From contig JBHGNT010000015.1 in NCBI GenBank assembly GCA_043228905.1, forward strand, positions 9,610,001 to 9,674,000: DNA of 64,000 nt, written 5' to 3'. The notes beneath the pieces are model-generated. The model worked only from the letters and a program-made list of their open reading frames with translations. It was not told the origin of the DNA and made no database searches. Positions 22,280 through 35,813 of the stretch are shown piece after piece. This DNA comes from Azolla caroliniana. Lineage: Eukaryota; Plantae; Polypodiophyta. Position 1 is the stretch's first letter. The number at the start of each line of letters is the position of its first letter. Made by a program: the position numbers and the translations under genes.

Positions 22280-25200
22280 AATGGCCTTTGCCTATCCCCG
22301 CTTTAACGGCGAAACCGACGCCGCAACTCACATTCGCCTGTTCCTGAATGTCTGGAATGCAAACCACATGGCGCAGAGCCTTTCTGAGGAGGTAGTGCAC
22401 CAGTCCAAAATGACGGAGTTCGGGTTAACATTGGATGGGCGAGCGGCGTTCTGGCATTCACAGATGGATCTGCCAACAATCATGACCTTCGACCAATTGT
22501 AGTTTGCCTTTTTGCGGTTCTTCCATCGGAGGGTTCCACAACGCGAAATCCTTGGACAGTTCTACACAATTAAGCAGCTGCCGACCGAGACGTTCATAGA
22601 CTTCAGCTTACGTTTCCAAAATTTACGGCGGAAACTAGAACGGGGCCCCGCGGAGGACGAGGCTCGGGAGACATTTCTGGTGGCATTACGCCGACCCATA
22701 CGGACAACGCTCAACAACAATAGCGTGAAAGGGGAGATGGCGGATATGGTCATCAAACGAGCATTACAACTTGAGCTGGACAACAAAGAGGAAAGGTTTT
22801 CTATGTCCTCATTACGACAAGCGTTACCTCAGGGCGAGGAACGACATTTTCATCAAGCAATCCAGTGCACGATTTGCTTGAACTCGGGGCATTCCGCAGT
22901 GGAGTGTAACATGCGAATCCACTGCCCAATCTGTCACTCGAAGGCTCACACAGTCGAATAGTGCGAATACAATATGCTGAACAGAGCCACTCCCATAATA
23001 TGCAGAATGGACACACAACATCCCCCACGCTGTCCTGAACAAAGGAGGCAAGAAGACCGACCACGGTATATGGATCACAACCCACGTGATGACCGGCACT
23101 ACCGGAATCATCGGAATCACAACGATTCTGAGGAAGATGAGCTAGAGGATGAGGACTACCGTGGTCCCCGTCGATATGCTAAAGGGGTCCGACGCTATGA
23201 GAATCACCGGTCGAAAAACAAACGTGGCGGCTTCAATGGATCTCATGGAAAGCAGTGACAATATCGGGACCACCGGCGATATGACGAAAGCTCGGACGAT
23301 GAGTGGCACCAAGAACCACGTCAGGGCCAACAGCAACCACCGCGTACACTCCAACAAACGAGGCCAGACCGTGAGGAGCAAGTCGCACCAGGGGATCGAC
23401 ACACACCACCAGGCGCCGAGAAGGGTGAATCGAGCATCCATTGTTTTGTTTGTCAGTAGCCCGGACATTATGCCATGCAATGCCCAGTATGCAAGGGCAA
23501 GGGGCCTACTGTCAATACGATTACGGCGGAAGTGCAGCAAGTCACGACACGCCAGCAAACGAAAACGATTAATTGGGTTGCGCAAGATGAGATATGACGA
23601 CAAGCCTAGGCATGGGTTGAAAAAGTAAACGCGACAAATATGGAACGCATGCGGAAGGAGTCCGTGAAAACAATGGAGCTAGTGGAGGACAAAGGACCAA
23701 CCCCGGACCCCATTTGGCAAGCACTGGTGGACTGCGAGATAACGTTAACCATGGAGAAGCTGCTGCAACTAGTCCCACACTTCCGCTAGACCATGGAAGA
23801 ACGGGTGACGGGCATACCCAGGGTGAGCGTAGCTATGAATCTCACGAACATTAGCGACGAACCGTCTGTAGTGGATGACCACAACCCGGCTATTACATTG
23901 ATATTACACGGTCAGGAAATCCCAGGATGCGTAATTGATGGGGGCTCGGGCGTTAATGTAATTAGCGCGAAAACATGCGAGCAGTTAGGCATTTCAGAAT
24001 GGGAGGCTTGCCCATTCTGGCTCCGTATGGCAGATACCCGCTCAATACGACAATTGGGGTTGATACGCAAGGTCGACATTATCGTGGGAGGACATCGCTT
24101 CGACATCTCGGCGGTAGTCCTCGCCCTGGACGCCCCAGGGGCATACCCTATGCTGCTGGGCAGACCATGGCTTCGTGCAACGAATATCAAGCAGAGCTGG
24201 CAACACAAGTGTATCAGTTTCCGACACGGACACACCAAGGTTCGCATACCTACGGAGGAAAGGGCGACACAATCCAAGGTATAACACCATTATACGCAGA
24301 AGATATAAATATGTTGGCCGGGGTGGATGATGCAGAATTAGAGGCATAGCTAGACGAGCACCCTCAGATTATTCCGCTGTTCGAAATCGACGTCATCGCA
24401 ACTGCGACAGAATATGCCACGACCACTACTCTCCACGACGAGGCTTACGAACCAAACTCAGAGTCAATCTTGGAACTAAGTAGAGCACGCGCAACATTCG
24501 AGAGGGAAATGGAAATTTCACAATGAGTCACCGCCTCCGCCTTGGAAGAAGTAAACGTGGGTACGACGTCAGAACCCCGTTTTCTCTCCATCGCAAAAGA
24601 ATTAAGGCCGGACCAGAGAGACGCGATGTTCGAACTACTCAGGAAATATAAAGATGTGTTCGCTTGGGCTCACAAGGACATGAAGGGGTTAGATCCAAAG
24701 TTCTATCAACATAAGATCAATTTAGCAACAAACGCAAAACCTGTCCAGCAGTGCCGCTACTGCATGAACCCGAACTACGCGACCCGCATAAAAGAAGAAA
24801 TTGACAAACTCCTAAAGGCGGGATTCGTACAGCCAGTTAAACAAGCCACATGGTTAAGTCCGATAGTAGTCGTTCCAAAGAAAAATGGCAAAATAGGAGT
24901 TTGCGTGGATTACCGAAAATTAAACGTCGTAACCATTACGGACGCATTCCCGTTACCATTCACTGATATCGTATTGGATGCTGTCGTAGGACATGACATG
25001 TACAATTTTTTAGATGGCTTCAGTGGCTATAACCAGGTGTGCATGCATCCCGATGACCAAGAGAAGACGACATTCGTCACGGACTGGGGAGTCTATGTGG
25101 CAGTCGTCATTATGTTCAGGCTAAAAACGACACCGACAACATTTCAATGGACAATCACGCAAATCTTTGGGGAATATATTCCGGCATTCATGCAAGTTTT

Positions 25201-28090
25201 TTTAGACGATTTTGTGGTATATGGGAAAAAAACCTACCATTTTATGCATCTGCAACTGTGCCTGGAATGTTGCCGCACCGCATGCTTAAGCCTGAATCCC
25301 GCGAAATGTGCCTTCGACGTGACCAGTGGGACTCTCCTAGGCCATATAGTCACCAAGGATGGAATAGTGGTCGACCCGAATAAGATCTCCGCGATTACTC
25401 AAGCCAAAACTCTGACAAACGTGAAATCACTCAGCTGGTTTTTAGGACAAATACGATGGCATAGTCGGATGATACGGTACCTGGCGGACTTCGCCACGCC
25501 GTTACATGACTCCGTACATCGGACTCCCTTCCAATTGACTGCAATGGAGGACAAGGCCTATGAGGCGCTGAAGATAATGCTCACACAGGCACCTGTCGTA
25601 CAACCACTAGTTTGGGCAAAGCCATTCCACGTGTTCGTAGATGCCTCAGACATAGCAATAGGAAGTGCGCTAATGCAGCTCACCGAACCGAATTGGTACC
25701 GGCTAGTCTACTACGCTAGTCGCAAATTATCAACAGTGGAGCGTAACTATTCCACAAAGGAGCGTGAGGCGTTAGGGATGATCTATAGTATCAATAAATT
25801 CTGGCATTATCTGTTGGGGAGGAAATTCACGTTCCACGTGGATCATTCAACACTGTTGTATTTGGTGGAGAAACAAGCACTGACGGGGAAATTGGCGCGA
25901 TGGATGCTACTGCTTCAAGAATTCGATTTTATAATTCAGCACCGCCCGGGTACGCAACACACAGTGGCAGATTTTTTGAGCAAACTAGATAATTGAGAAA
26001 CAGTACAGAAGGACGACGACGACTTAACGCAGACATTCGGTGGATAGCAGCACTAGCAGAAAGAACGAAAACGACCTTTCCGGACAAGTGGCTTATGGAA
26101 ATGACATACTTTTTGACTACGGGACTGCCCCCACCACAATTACGCATGGACGAGAAGAAATGGTTAGCCGTCCGAAGCCGTAACTTCTGCCTGGTAGAAG
26201 GAATTTTATATCACAAAGGCAGTGATGGCATTTGGCGACGCGGTGTACGTCAGGATGAGAAAGAAACAGTCTTACGACAGGCTCACTGTGGTACGGCAGG
26301 TGGCCATTACGTGGGCGATGTTACGGCCCGGAAAATATGGCAAGCAGGCCTCTGGTGGCCGACTACATAGAAGGACGCATATGAGTACTGTAGAAAGTGC
26401 GATTTGTGTCAACGGATGGGCCAACCCACGGAGGGCGCAAGGATGCCTCACCAACCCCTATTACCGTTAGATCCCTTCCAAAAGTGGGGATTGGATTTTG
26501 TGGGCCCCTTCACACCGGTGGCGGCCTGTACGGGCAATAAATACATATTGGTAGCCACAGATTATTGCACCAAGTGGGTAGAAGCAAAGGCACTACAAGA
26601 GAATACAGCGGCCGTCATAGCGAGATTCCTTTACGAACACATCTGGTGTCGGTTCGGCTTTCCGATTGAGCTTATCAGTGACCAGGGGAGCCACTTTCTC
26701 AACACGGTCTTTCGAGAACTAACACATCTTTACGCCGTAGTCCACAAGAAAAGTATGCCATATTATCCAGAGGCGAATGGGTTAGAGGAATCCACCAACA
26801 AGACGTTGTCGTGCCTTTTGGCTCTGGATCGTTGCGTGAGTCGGGTGGGAACCGCCGAGGTTTTGGACTAGGAGGAAGAAAAATACAAATAAGGCTAGTA
26901 AAGAGTAGGTATAAAGAGTTATAAGATAAGAATCTTGTGAATCCCACGAGTTTAGTATACTTAGTCAATATTTAGGTAGTAAGAGAGAATTATTTTAGCA
27001 AATTCGTGAATCCCACGAATATTTTAGATTGATCGATCATTATAGAAAAAAAAATCAACAAAAACTACAATGTGCTCCCCATCCTTATATAGTGATGGGA
27101 GAGACTAAGCATAGCTACATGCTTTTTTCTAATATGCACACTAAATGTGCATGTGATGCTTTTCTAATCCTTATTTGCTAAATATAGTGCTCATGCACGC
27201 TAGATGTGCATGAGTCACTTTTTAGTTGCTTGCGTTTTTCTATAAAATATTCACGCACTCTAAAAATGCATGATTTACCTTTTAATAAAGGTAGGCGCAA
27301 ATAAAGCACTTATAGTTATTAAATCTATTTGTAGAACACTAAAGATAAGGTAGCATAATGGTAAAGTTGAGGTTTGGTTATGTGGAGGTATAGGGTTCGA
27401 ATCTTGCCTTATGCACGTGATAAATATTTTGATATATTATTTATTTATTTATATGTATCTAAAATCGGATATATTATTTTATGGTTTTCACGTAGTGTGT
27501 GGAATACACTACGACAACGTTGCAAACCATCTTAAAGAAAATTGTCAATGAAAATAGAACGGACTGGGATACCAAATTACAGAGTGCGTTATGGGCGTAC
27601 AGAACCAGCTATAAAACAAGCATACAGTCAACACCGTTTCGACTAGCGTTTGGGCCGGAGTCTGTGATGCCGGTAGAGTTTCAGATACCCAGTTTACGGA
27701 TTCAGGTACGAGACCGACTATCGGAAGCCAAGTCGGAGGAGGTACGGCTCCACCAGCTACTCGAACTTGGCGAAAAACGCGTACACAGCATGGTTGTGTT
27801 GGAGCAAGAACAACGATGACGAAAAGCATTTGTGGATCGGCTTCGGAACGCACGGGAAAAGGATTTCGCGGTCGGTTGAGCGGTACTGGTTTTCCAAACC
27901 CACATGGGCCATATGCTAGGGAAGTTACGATTCCGCTGGACAGGCCCGTACTGGATAATAGGAGCGGAACAAGGCCGGGGAAGTCTTACGACCAAAGGTG
28001 AATGGGTTTCGCCTTAAGCCTTACCTGGGCCCTACACCACCTAACCCATTCACTGCTGGACAGGACAAAGCTGGAGAACCCGCGGCATAA
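22280..28090 (+). pseudogene. Gypsy-2 gag-pol, degraded, with a solo LTR in the integrase
   Basis: CTICLNSGHSAVEC, IDGGSG, FLDDF, FVDASD, SDQG motifs; many premature stops. Confidence 0.93.
26807..27516 (-). mobile_element. Solo LTR of Trp-primed Gypsy family B (710 bp)
   Basis: TGTCGT...ACGACA termini; 4-bp ACGT TSD splits the integrase NKTLQ codons; nearly identical to 58734-59450. Confidence 0.95.
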
Positions 28091-28445
28091 GTGGACGACC
28101 CCACTTGTATCATAATGTAAAAATAGGCTATATGTAACTGTTACGAAAAAAAAAGAAAAAAGAAAAAAGAAAAAAAGAAAAGAGAAGATAGCGACGCAAT
28201 TAAAAAAGGACTGAATGCATGCACAGACTTCTAGACCAAGAACACGCGGCACCATGATGGCTCACCGCCCAATGAACCCTAGGCCACAAAAAGAAGGAAA
28301 TAGAAGGTCTTCTACACAAAACAGAAATCCACCTCCTAACTCTCAGCGCTCTCATCGCTCCTCTCCCTCACCTTCTCCTCCATCCTATCACAGAGCTCAA
28401 GCCTACCGCAACCACCAATCTTCTTCCCACGAGCCTACTCTGACT

Positions 28446-31172
28446 ATGCCAATATTTATCTCTACCGCCTTACGTCGATGGCTCGTGGAGAAACACCTGG
28501 ATGGGTACATCAGGGTCGCAGAGGCACCTCCACACCCAGATGCATTGGACATCGCCAGGAAGCTCAATTTCGACATGGTCACCAACTCCTCCATTCGGAA
28601 AAAGTTGGACCTGCCATCACTAGGTGAAAGGCATTTCGATATCCCTCCTGCAGAGTTGTTGCAGAGGTATTTCGGCCCGTATTCCTCCTCCGCCAAGGCC
28701 TATAGAACGAAGGAGATCCCGGATCCCTTTTTCCGTGAAGTCGCCAAGTTCCTATTAGAGGTCGGATGCGTACACGTAAACGCATATGGGATGCCCAAGC
28801 AGAAGGCAGGTATCATTATTGATACCTTTGAAGGGCGTACGGTCGACTGGGGAGTTATCATGGGGCCAACGTTAAGGGAAGGCCTACACGCATATCAAGG
28901 AGGCAAGAAGCTCAGGCCTATCATACAACACTACCTGACGGTACTATGCCCACCCCGAGGCCTGCCGGCACCGCATCCCAGCAGATCCATGCCGCCGCCC
29001 TGATCTGCGAAGCGCAGATTAGCGGAGTTAGCTGCCACAGAGTGGGAGGATGAACCCCAACCCGCCCAACTGGACACATGGACAACGCCAGAAGAGCAGA
29101 CGGCGCGCTCCGCGGAACCGGCACCAAAGCTAGACGTCGAACCACGGTAGGATAGCCCCAAGTCGAAATGGCGAAGACTGGACAGGAAAGATGGGCGGGG
29201 ATTAGTTAAAGTCGTACCCACGGCGGCGGAGACAACGACTGAAGACGATGGCTCCGCAACTACGGAGCCCAACACCACCTTTGAAATAATCCGGGAGCCA
29301 CGACCGATCATTACGGCCCAATCACAACGAGGGAAAGCCGTATTGACGGCGAAAGCGAGGTTTTGGCATATCTGGATATCCTGGACACGGACCATGAGTT
29401 TAGCGCACTCTTGCAGTAAGGAACCTCTTTTGGGCTCATGGAATTCTTGGCAACGCAACAGATAAAGGCCTCACACCGAATGGCCGAGGAGCACGTGGAG
29501 CGCCAGATGATCGAGCACGCCTTAACACAAACGGCGAAGAGCGACGATGAGGACCAGTTAGCCAGAGTCGGCAGACGGAGGAACGCCGGGATACGCCGAA
29601 TGGGGATGGAACTACCCCCATTAAACACAACCCTAGTCGAAGTCCATAGGGAACTGGCAAAGGTCAGCATGGGGAGATGGCCATTAAAAATAAGAATGTC
29701 TGGAAGAAGGTGAAACTTACCCAAGCCGAGCTACAAAAACCCAACAAACGTATCGCGGAGTTGGAAACTAACGCGACTATGGCGCAACAGACAACTCCAT
29801 CACCAGACCACACCATCGAAGCCTTGAAGGAAGAGATTGAGGCTCAAACTGCCATTGCCTCAAAAGAAAAAAGGGTTGTACGACTAGCAGAATCAGAAAT
29901 TGACCGCCTCCGCGCTGAACTTTGCTAGTCCTCAAACAGGGAAAAGGACATCCGGGCCAACGGCCGAAAGGCAGTAAAAACCCTTGAAGAGAAACTCGCT
30001 GTGGAGACAACACAACACACTTGGACAAAAGAAGAAAACGCCCAATTATGGGAGGAGGTGAATAAATCGGAGGCGGCAATCGCGGGACTTCGGGCCTTAT
30101 TGGAGAAAAACAAGGCATGGTTCGACGAGCAGTTGGTGGGCGAACAAGAAGGAAGGCATCAGCTTGAAGTCCGCCTAAACAATGAAATGGGGAAATTAGA
30201 AGAACTACATGCGAAGGAATCCCAGCTGTGGGCAGGTATGAAGAGCACGTATGAAGAAGCAACGGCAGTTAGTCAGCAAGAAATTGCAAACCTCAAGAAG
30301 TTGGTGGAAGAAGCACGCAACCGTTGCCAGGCCATCGCAGACAACGTGCGTATCCTTCTACAAATGAATCGGGAGAGGTTTACAACGCAATTGAAAATGG
30401 CACTGGAGAAAGGATGGATGACATGGGTAGCCCAAGCGGCGGAATTGCACGCGTATCGTGTGGATAGGGAGAACTGGAGAAAAGATGGTCGAGGCTTCTA
30501 TAAACTGAATGAGGAGAGCATTGTAGCAATACGCGAGGACCTAGCGCAGGACTATCGTGCGCTAGCGGACCAACATTTCAAAGAACTCGCGCAGCTATTA
30601 GATGATTTTCGTGAAAGTCAGGAGGATCTGTTTCACTAGATCACGCAAGCCGGCAGCACGCGAACAAATGAGGAATCCATCACAACACCAATTCCGGATA
30701 CTGCCGAAGAAGAGGAACCTTCGGCCAGGTCACCATAAATTACAACTACGGTGAAGAGCGAGGAACGGCGAGCGGAGTCCCCCACCATACCAGACAACGA
30801 AACCTCTGCCCAAGAGGAACCCCATCTGTCGGAGCATACGCTATCGGCCGACCACGCGGAGAACGCTGCGGACCAAGCGGAACCGCAACCCCACTCCCAG
30901 AGCGTACAACGATGGCCGACACCACGGAGGAAGTGACGGATGAGACGGAGCCGTGACTGACCGCAAGCCCGCCGACAGCTGAGCCCAACCCCCTAGCCCA
31001 TGAAGAGCCCATAGAACCCGGGCCGCCCACACAGGACGATCACGACACCATGAGAAGCCCTCCCGACCAAACAGGGGAACCACACCACGATGCACATACG
31101 GGCCCTACGCCGTCCCTGGACCAAGACACCGTAGCAGAGCCAAACATCAAGGGTATTTTGGAAGAAGATTAA
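28446..31172 (+). pseudogene. Gypsy-2 extra sense ORF (~905 aa), homolog of 13121-15905
   Basis: Shared blocks YFG.YS...K.YRT, FRE.A..L.E.G, G.II.T.EG..VDW, RK.G...Y.L..E...AIR..LA.D...LAD; ends ILEED*. Confidence 0.8.
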
Positions 31173-31177
31173 AGGGA

Positions 31178-31217
31178 TGGGTCCGACGTGCCATGGCACT
31201 GTCCCACAGGTGTGCCA
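31178..31217 (+). other. tRNA-Arg 3'-end mimic / inverted PBS at the PPT position
   Basis: TGGGTCCGA-cgtgccatggcact-GTCCCACAGGTGTGCCA ends 2 nt before the 3' LTR. Confidence 0.8.
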
Positions 31218-31219
31218 GG

Positions 31220-31661
31220 TGTTGTCCACCGGAATAGTAACCGACGGACAAGAGCGTAGGAATATGGAATAGTATAATATTGTAATGGTTCACGCGGGAA
31301 GTGTGAATGGCTAAAAGACCCCCTGCGTATATAAAGGGCAAAAAACCTCTGATAGAGGTAGCGTGTAATTTTGAATGTAAGAGGCGTATCGTAATAGAGT
31401 TCTATCTTCTCTGATATCTGTGTGTAGCTACAACTAATCTACTGTGTGTCTGTAGCACCGGAGAGCGTAGGAGTAAGTAATGGTGTGTGTGTTAGCCCAC
31501 TGTCAAAGGAGCTCGGTTGTAACCATCTCCCTTATACGCTGCTAGGTTATGGGGAATATCCCACTAAGTATTATGCACAGACGCTACCATTCGTTGTCAC
31601 ATAGTCACTTGGACGTCTAGGTCGAAGGACTGACCGTAAACCGTGTTCCTAATCGGTAACA
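31220..31661 (+). repeat. Gypsy-2 3' LTR
   Basis: Direct repeat of 21597-22043 followed by ATTAC. Confidence 0.95.
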
Positions 31662-31666
31662 ATTAC

Positions 31667-34600
31667 CTCCGCTCCTTTTGCACTCTTTTTCATGTTCAGA
31701 CTCTTGTTCCAATCTCCCCCTCAAGTTTGGTGTGTCGAGGTGACGCAAACCTAGATCACCCAAGAAATGCCGTAAGTTGTCGAGACCAAGAGGCTTGGTG
31801 AAGATGTCGGTAACTTGTCGGTCAGCCGGAACATGCACCAATTCGACTTCACCTGAAAGGACCCGCTCGCGGACAAAATGGTAATGCACTGCAATGTGCT
31901 TGGTCTGGGCGTGGAACACAGGGTTTTTAGCAAGGTGGATACATGCAGATCCTGTAACAACCGTTTCAGCCAAATGACTTCGCACGTAACGACAGTCACC
32001 CCTCGATACTCGGCCTTCGTGCTTGACAGTGCTATCGTTGGCTGCTTCTTACTGCTCCACGCGATCGCCACACTTCCTGATGAGAAGGCGTATACGGATT
32101 TGGATCTATGATCACTAGCGTTTCCAGCCCAATCGACATCCGTGTAGCCAACCAACTGTTCGGTTACACCTACCCGATACAACAATGCCATGTCTTTCGT
32201 GCCACTGACATATCACAATATCCGTTGCGCGCACTGAAAGTGTTCGGCTATATGATGTGACATGAATTGAGTTGACCAGGTAGCTAAGATCCGGCTAAGT
32301 AATCGTCAAATAGATGAGGCTTCCGACAATTTGTTGAAACCGTGTTGGGGCGCACGGCTTTCCCGAATCTCGGCGAAGCTTTGCGTTTCTATCCAGAGGG
32401 GTCAAGATGGGCTTACGGTTGGCCATCCCGAACTTGAAGAGCATATTCAACGCATAATGATGTTGGCTGATCAATATGCCTTCGGGTTTGCGGATCACTT
32501 CGATCCCGAGGAAGTAATGAAGGTCTTGAAGATCCTTCATTTCGAATGATGCTGCAAGCTGAGACTTTATGTGGCGGATTTTGTCCAGGTGGGCACCGGC
32601 GATGACTAAATCATTAACATACAGTAGAAGGCTAACTGGTCCATGTTGACCTTGCCGAACAAATAGTGAAGAGTCTGATTTCGACGTCGTAAACCCCATC
32701 CTATGCAACTGTTGCGTAATCTTCGCGTTTGAAGCTCGCGGGGCTTGCTAAAGTCCGTACAGTGACTTCTTCAGTCGGCAAACTGCCGAAGTGTTTCGTT
32801 CGTATAGAAATCTGGGGGGGATGTACCATGTACACTTGTTCCTCAAGATCACCTTGTAGGAACGTGTTCTTTACATCCATATGATGTAAGTGACACCCCT
32901 TTGCCGCAACTATGGCTAGCAGAACACACATTGTAGTCATCTTCGCGACAGGTGCGAAGGTCTCGTAGTAGTCCATGCCTTGGTTCTGCGCGTAGCCTTT
33001 TGCCCCTAAGCGGGCCTTGTATCGATTGACTGAGCCATTGGTATTGTATTTCACTTTATACACCCACCTACATTCGATCGGATTTACACCCTCCGGTGCA
33101 TCAACTAGGTCCCAAGTCTCATTGTCAGTCAAAGCGCGCATCTCTTCCTCCATCGCGGCATTAGTTCACGTCTTTCGCCGCTTTTGCGTAGCTCACCGGC
33201 TCATGCACTTCTGCCACTTGCGTCATATACGTGTAATGGTGCGCCATGTACTCATTATACCCGTATCTTGTTACGGGGTTCTTGAGGCGGGTAGATCGGC
33301 GTAATTCGTGATTACCCGATTTCATTCGGCTACTGTCGACCTCTTCCGTGGAGGTTCCTTTTCAATTTTCCGGTAGTTAGAATCGCTCCGATCTGACTCG
33401 GCACTGCTAAAGTCGTATTCCGGCATTTTCTTCTTGCCCTTCTCTTTATGCGTAAACCATCTCCTCAGTTCTTTACGTGGGAACATCACGACCGAGTCTC
33501 CACTACTCGCCGTCTTTTCAATAGGTTGGTCATTTCGGCTCAACCCTTCATTCGGCCCACTTAGCCGAAATGAGATCGAACTCTCCCTCAGAGCTTCGAT
33601 TTCCTCATCATGCAAAGGCATCTCAGCCTCGTTGACTTCTTCCTCAGAATGCAGAATGGAGTCGTGAGGTATTGGAGGTGAAGGCAGGTAGCATGAAGCG
33701 GATTCGTCGAACACGACATCTCGACTTACACGTATTGCCTTTGTTCGGCGGTTATAACATTTATACCCCTTTTGCTCATCTGGAAAGCCGACCAAGATGC
33801 ACTTTTTGGCTTTGGCGTCCAGCTTCCTCCTCTTTTCCTTATGCACATGCACATATGCAATGCTACTGAAAATCCTCAAGTGTGCCAAGTTCGGCTTCTT
33901 CCCAAAATACAATTCATGTGGTGACATTCCTCCATTAGCAGAAGTCCGATTCTGCAGGTAGACAGTCGTCCTCACGGCTTCAGCCCAATAGAATTTCGGC
34001 ATATGCTTCTCTGCAAGCATTGCTCTGGCGAGTTCTTCGATTGTCCGATTTTTCCGCTCGGCCACGTGGTTCTGATGTGGCGTATATCTACACAAGAATT
34101 CGTGTGCAATTCCCTCCTTTTGTAGATAACTTGTGAACTGGTCGAAGAAGTACTCCTTCCTGCCATCGGACCATAGGCATTTGATCTTACAGCCTATTTC
34201 CCTTTCCGCAAGGCTCTTCACCTTCAGGAAACATGTGAAGACTTCACTCTTCTTCGCGATCGTGCATACCCACGTGTGCCGAGTGAAGTTGTCGATGAAG
34301 GTTACAAAGTAACGGCTTCCATAGAGACTCATGTTCTGTGCTTGACCCGACACATTCGAATGGATTAAATCTAACAGACTTCGACTACGATTACGCTCAT
34401 TGGGGAATGGAAGTCTGCGTTGTTTTCCTATCTGGGAGGCTTCGCAGACTTGGCCATTCCGGCCTCGAAATTTTGGCAAGCCGAACACAATGTTCTTCGT
34501 CTGCATTTCAGGAAGCCACAGGAAGTTAATATGGCCGAACCGCTTATGCCACATGTCGATGTCCGACTCAACTTTCTGCCCTTTCGCAAACATAGGGGTG

Positions 34601-35707
34601 CCCACATTGTTGATTTCGAGGATAAACATCCTCCCTTCACGACACCCTCGCGCGATTATCTGGCCTTCCTCTTCTATGAAGCAACCGAGATGTGTGAATC
34701 GAACTTGCATTCCTTGGTCGACGATCTGACCGACTAACACCAGGTTCTTCGTTATTGTCCGAACGTGCAACACGTTCATGAGTTTCCCTTTTTGCTTGAT
34801 GTGGCTAAGGGGAACTTCTCCAACATGTTCGATGGTATGTGGAGTGTCGTCTCCCGTTTCAACCACTCCTTGCGATTCTGGTTTCTCCAACTACGAGAAC
34901 CATTCCTCGTGACTCGTCATATGATTTGACGCTCCGGAACCAACATATCACACCTCGCTCGATTTCGAGGTGTTCACGGCCATAGAATTGGCCTTATGCT
35001 TCATTACGAAGGCTGGGCCTCGATTTGTTTTAGGCTCGTTCAAAGCCTTCTGCGTAGTGCGATCTCTGACGCCTCTCTGGGTCTCTTCAGCTCGATCCGG
35101 CTTTGTCCGAATCGGCTCTCTTTTTCCAGCACTCGCTCTCCTTGTGGCCTTTCTTGTCGCAATACCAGCATTCCGACGTAGCCTTCTTTTGCCGGCTTCC
35201 GGCGCCGCCATGACTCCCCCTGCTTGAGGAAGGTCCGGAACTGCTGTCGAGGCACACTTGCACCATCTCGTCTTCCTCAACGTTCACGTTGACAGAGGCG
35301 TGTGAGTCACAGATTTCCTTGATTCGGCCCGTATAATTAGCCATAGACAAATCTTTCTACTAGACATTGCTAAGCTCCTGTCTGAGCTACAACTTCCTGG
35401 CCGTTGTGCTTGCGTCAAATATCCTTTTGACATTCGCCCATGCGTCCTTTAACGTCTTGGCATCCCGAATATAGCTCAATAGTTGGTCGTTCACACAGGA
35501 TGCAAAGTAGTAGAGAACTTTGCTTGCCGCTTGTTCCCAAGCTGGAAAGTCTCTACGTGTCAAATTGGGTGCAACATCATTAGGTCCTTCGACATAACTC
35601 CAGTAGCCAGGGCCAAGCAGGTACTAGTGCATCTTGTACGACCAAGACGCTTAGTTGCTCTTGTCGAGCTTCTCGGTTGGTAGTGAGCTTACCATTCCTC
35701 TGTCCAT
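31667..35707 (-). pseudogene. Copia gag-pol, degraded
   Basis: CWYCDKKGHKESEC knuckle, WHKRFGH, YTPHQN..AERKN, RYKARL..KGY.Q, SKKQPTIALSS, DIFTKPL. Confidence 0.93.
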
Positions 35708-35801
35708 GTCACTGTCTTATCTTTCCGAAGTAGGAAGACCAAACTCAACTCTGTCTTTGTCGCAAGCTTTTCAGTCGGTTGCAGAGGACTTCAACCCTCA
35801 C

Positions 35802-35813
35802 GCTCTGATACCA
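35802..35813 (-). promoter_or_regulatory. Primer-binding site for initiator tRNA-Met
   Basis: Minus strand TGGTATCAGAGC directly after the LTR end. Confidence 0.95.

Larger units (their letters stand above)
21597..31661 (+). mobile_element. Full-length Ty3/Gypsy non-chromovirus LTR retrotransposon (Gypsy-2), related to Gypsy-1
   Basis: LTRs 21597-22043 and 31220-31661; ATTAC TSD (21592-21596, 31662-31666); gag-pol strongly similar to Gypsy-1. Confidence 0.96.

Noticed and set aside
26807-27516. MITE or TIR element because of TGTCGT/ACGACA inverted ends
   Set aside because: The same sequence adjoins a PPT at 59451 and a related end precedes a Trp PBS at 54927, so it is an LTR
31160-31181. 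Purine-rich run GGAAGAAGATTAAAGGGATGGG (and GGACGAAGAATAG near 15893) as the PPT
   Set aside because: It ends ~40 nt or more before the LTR, is interrupted by pyrimidines and largely encodes the acidic ORF terminus; a PPT must abut the LTR
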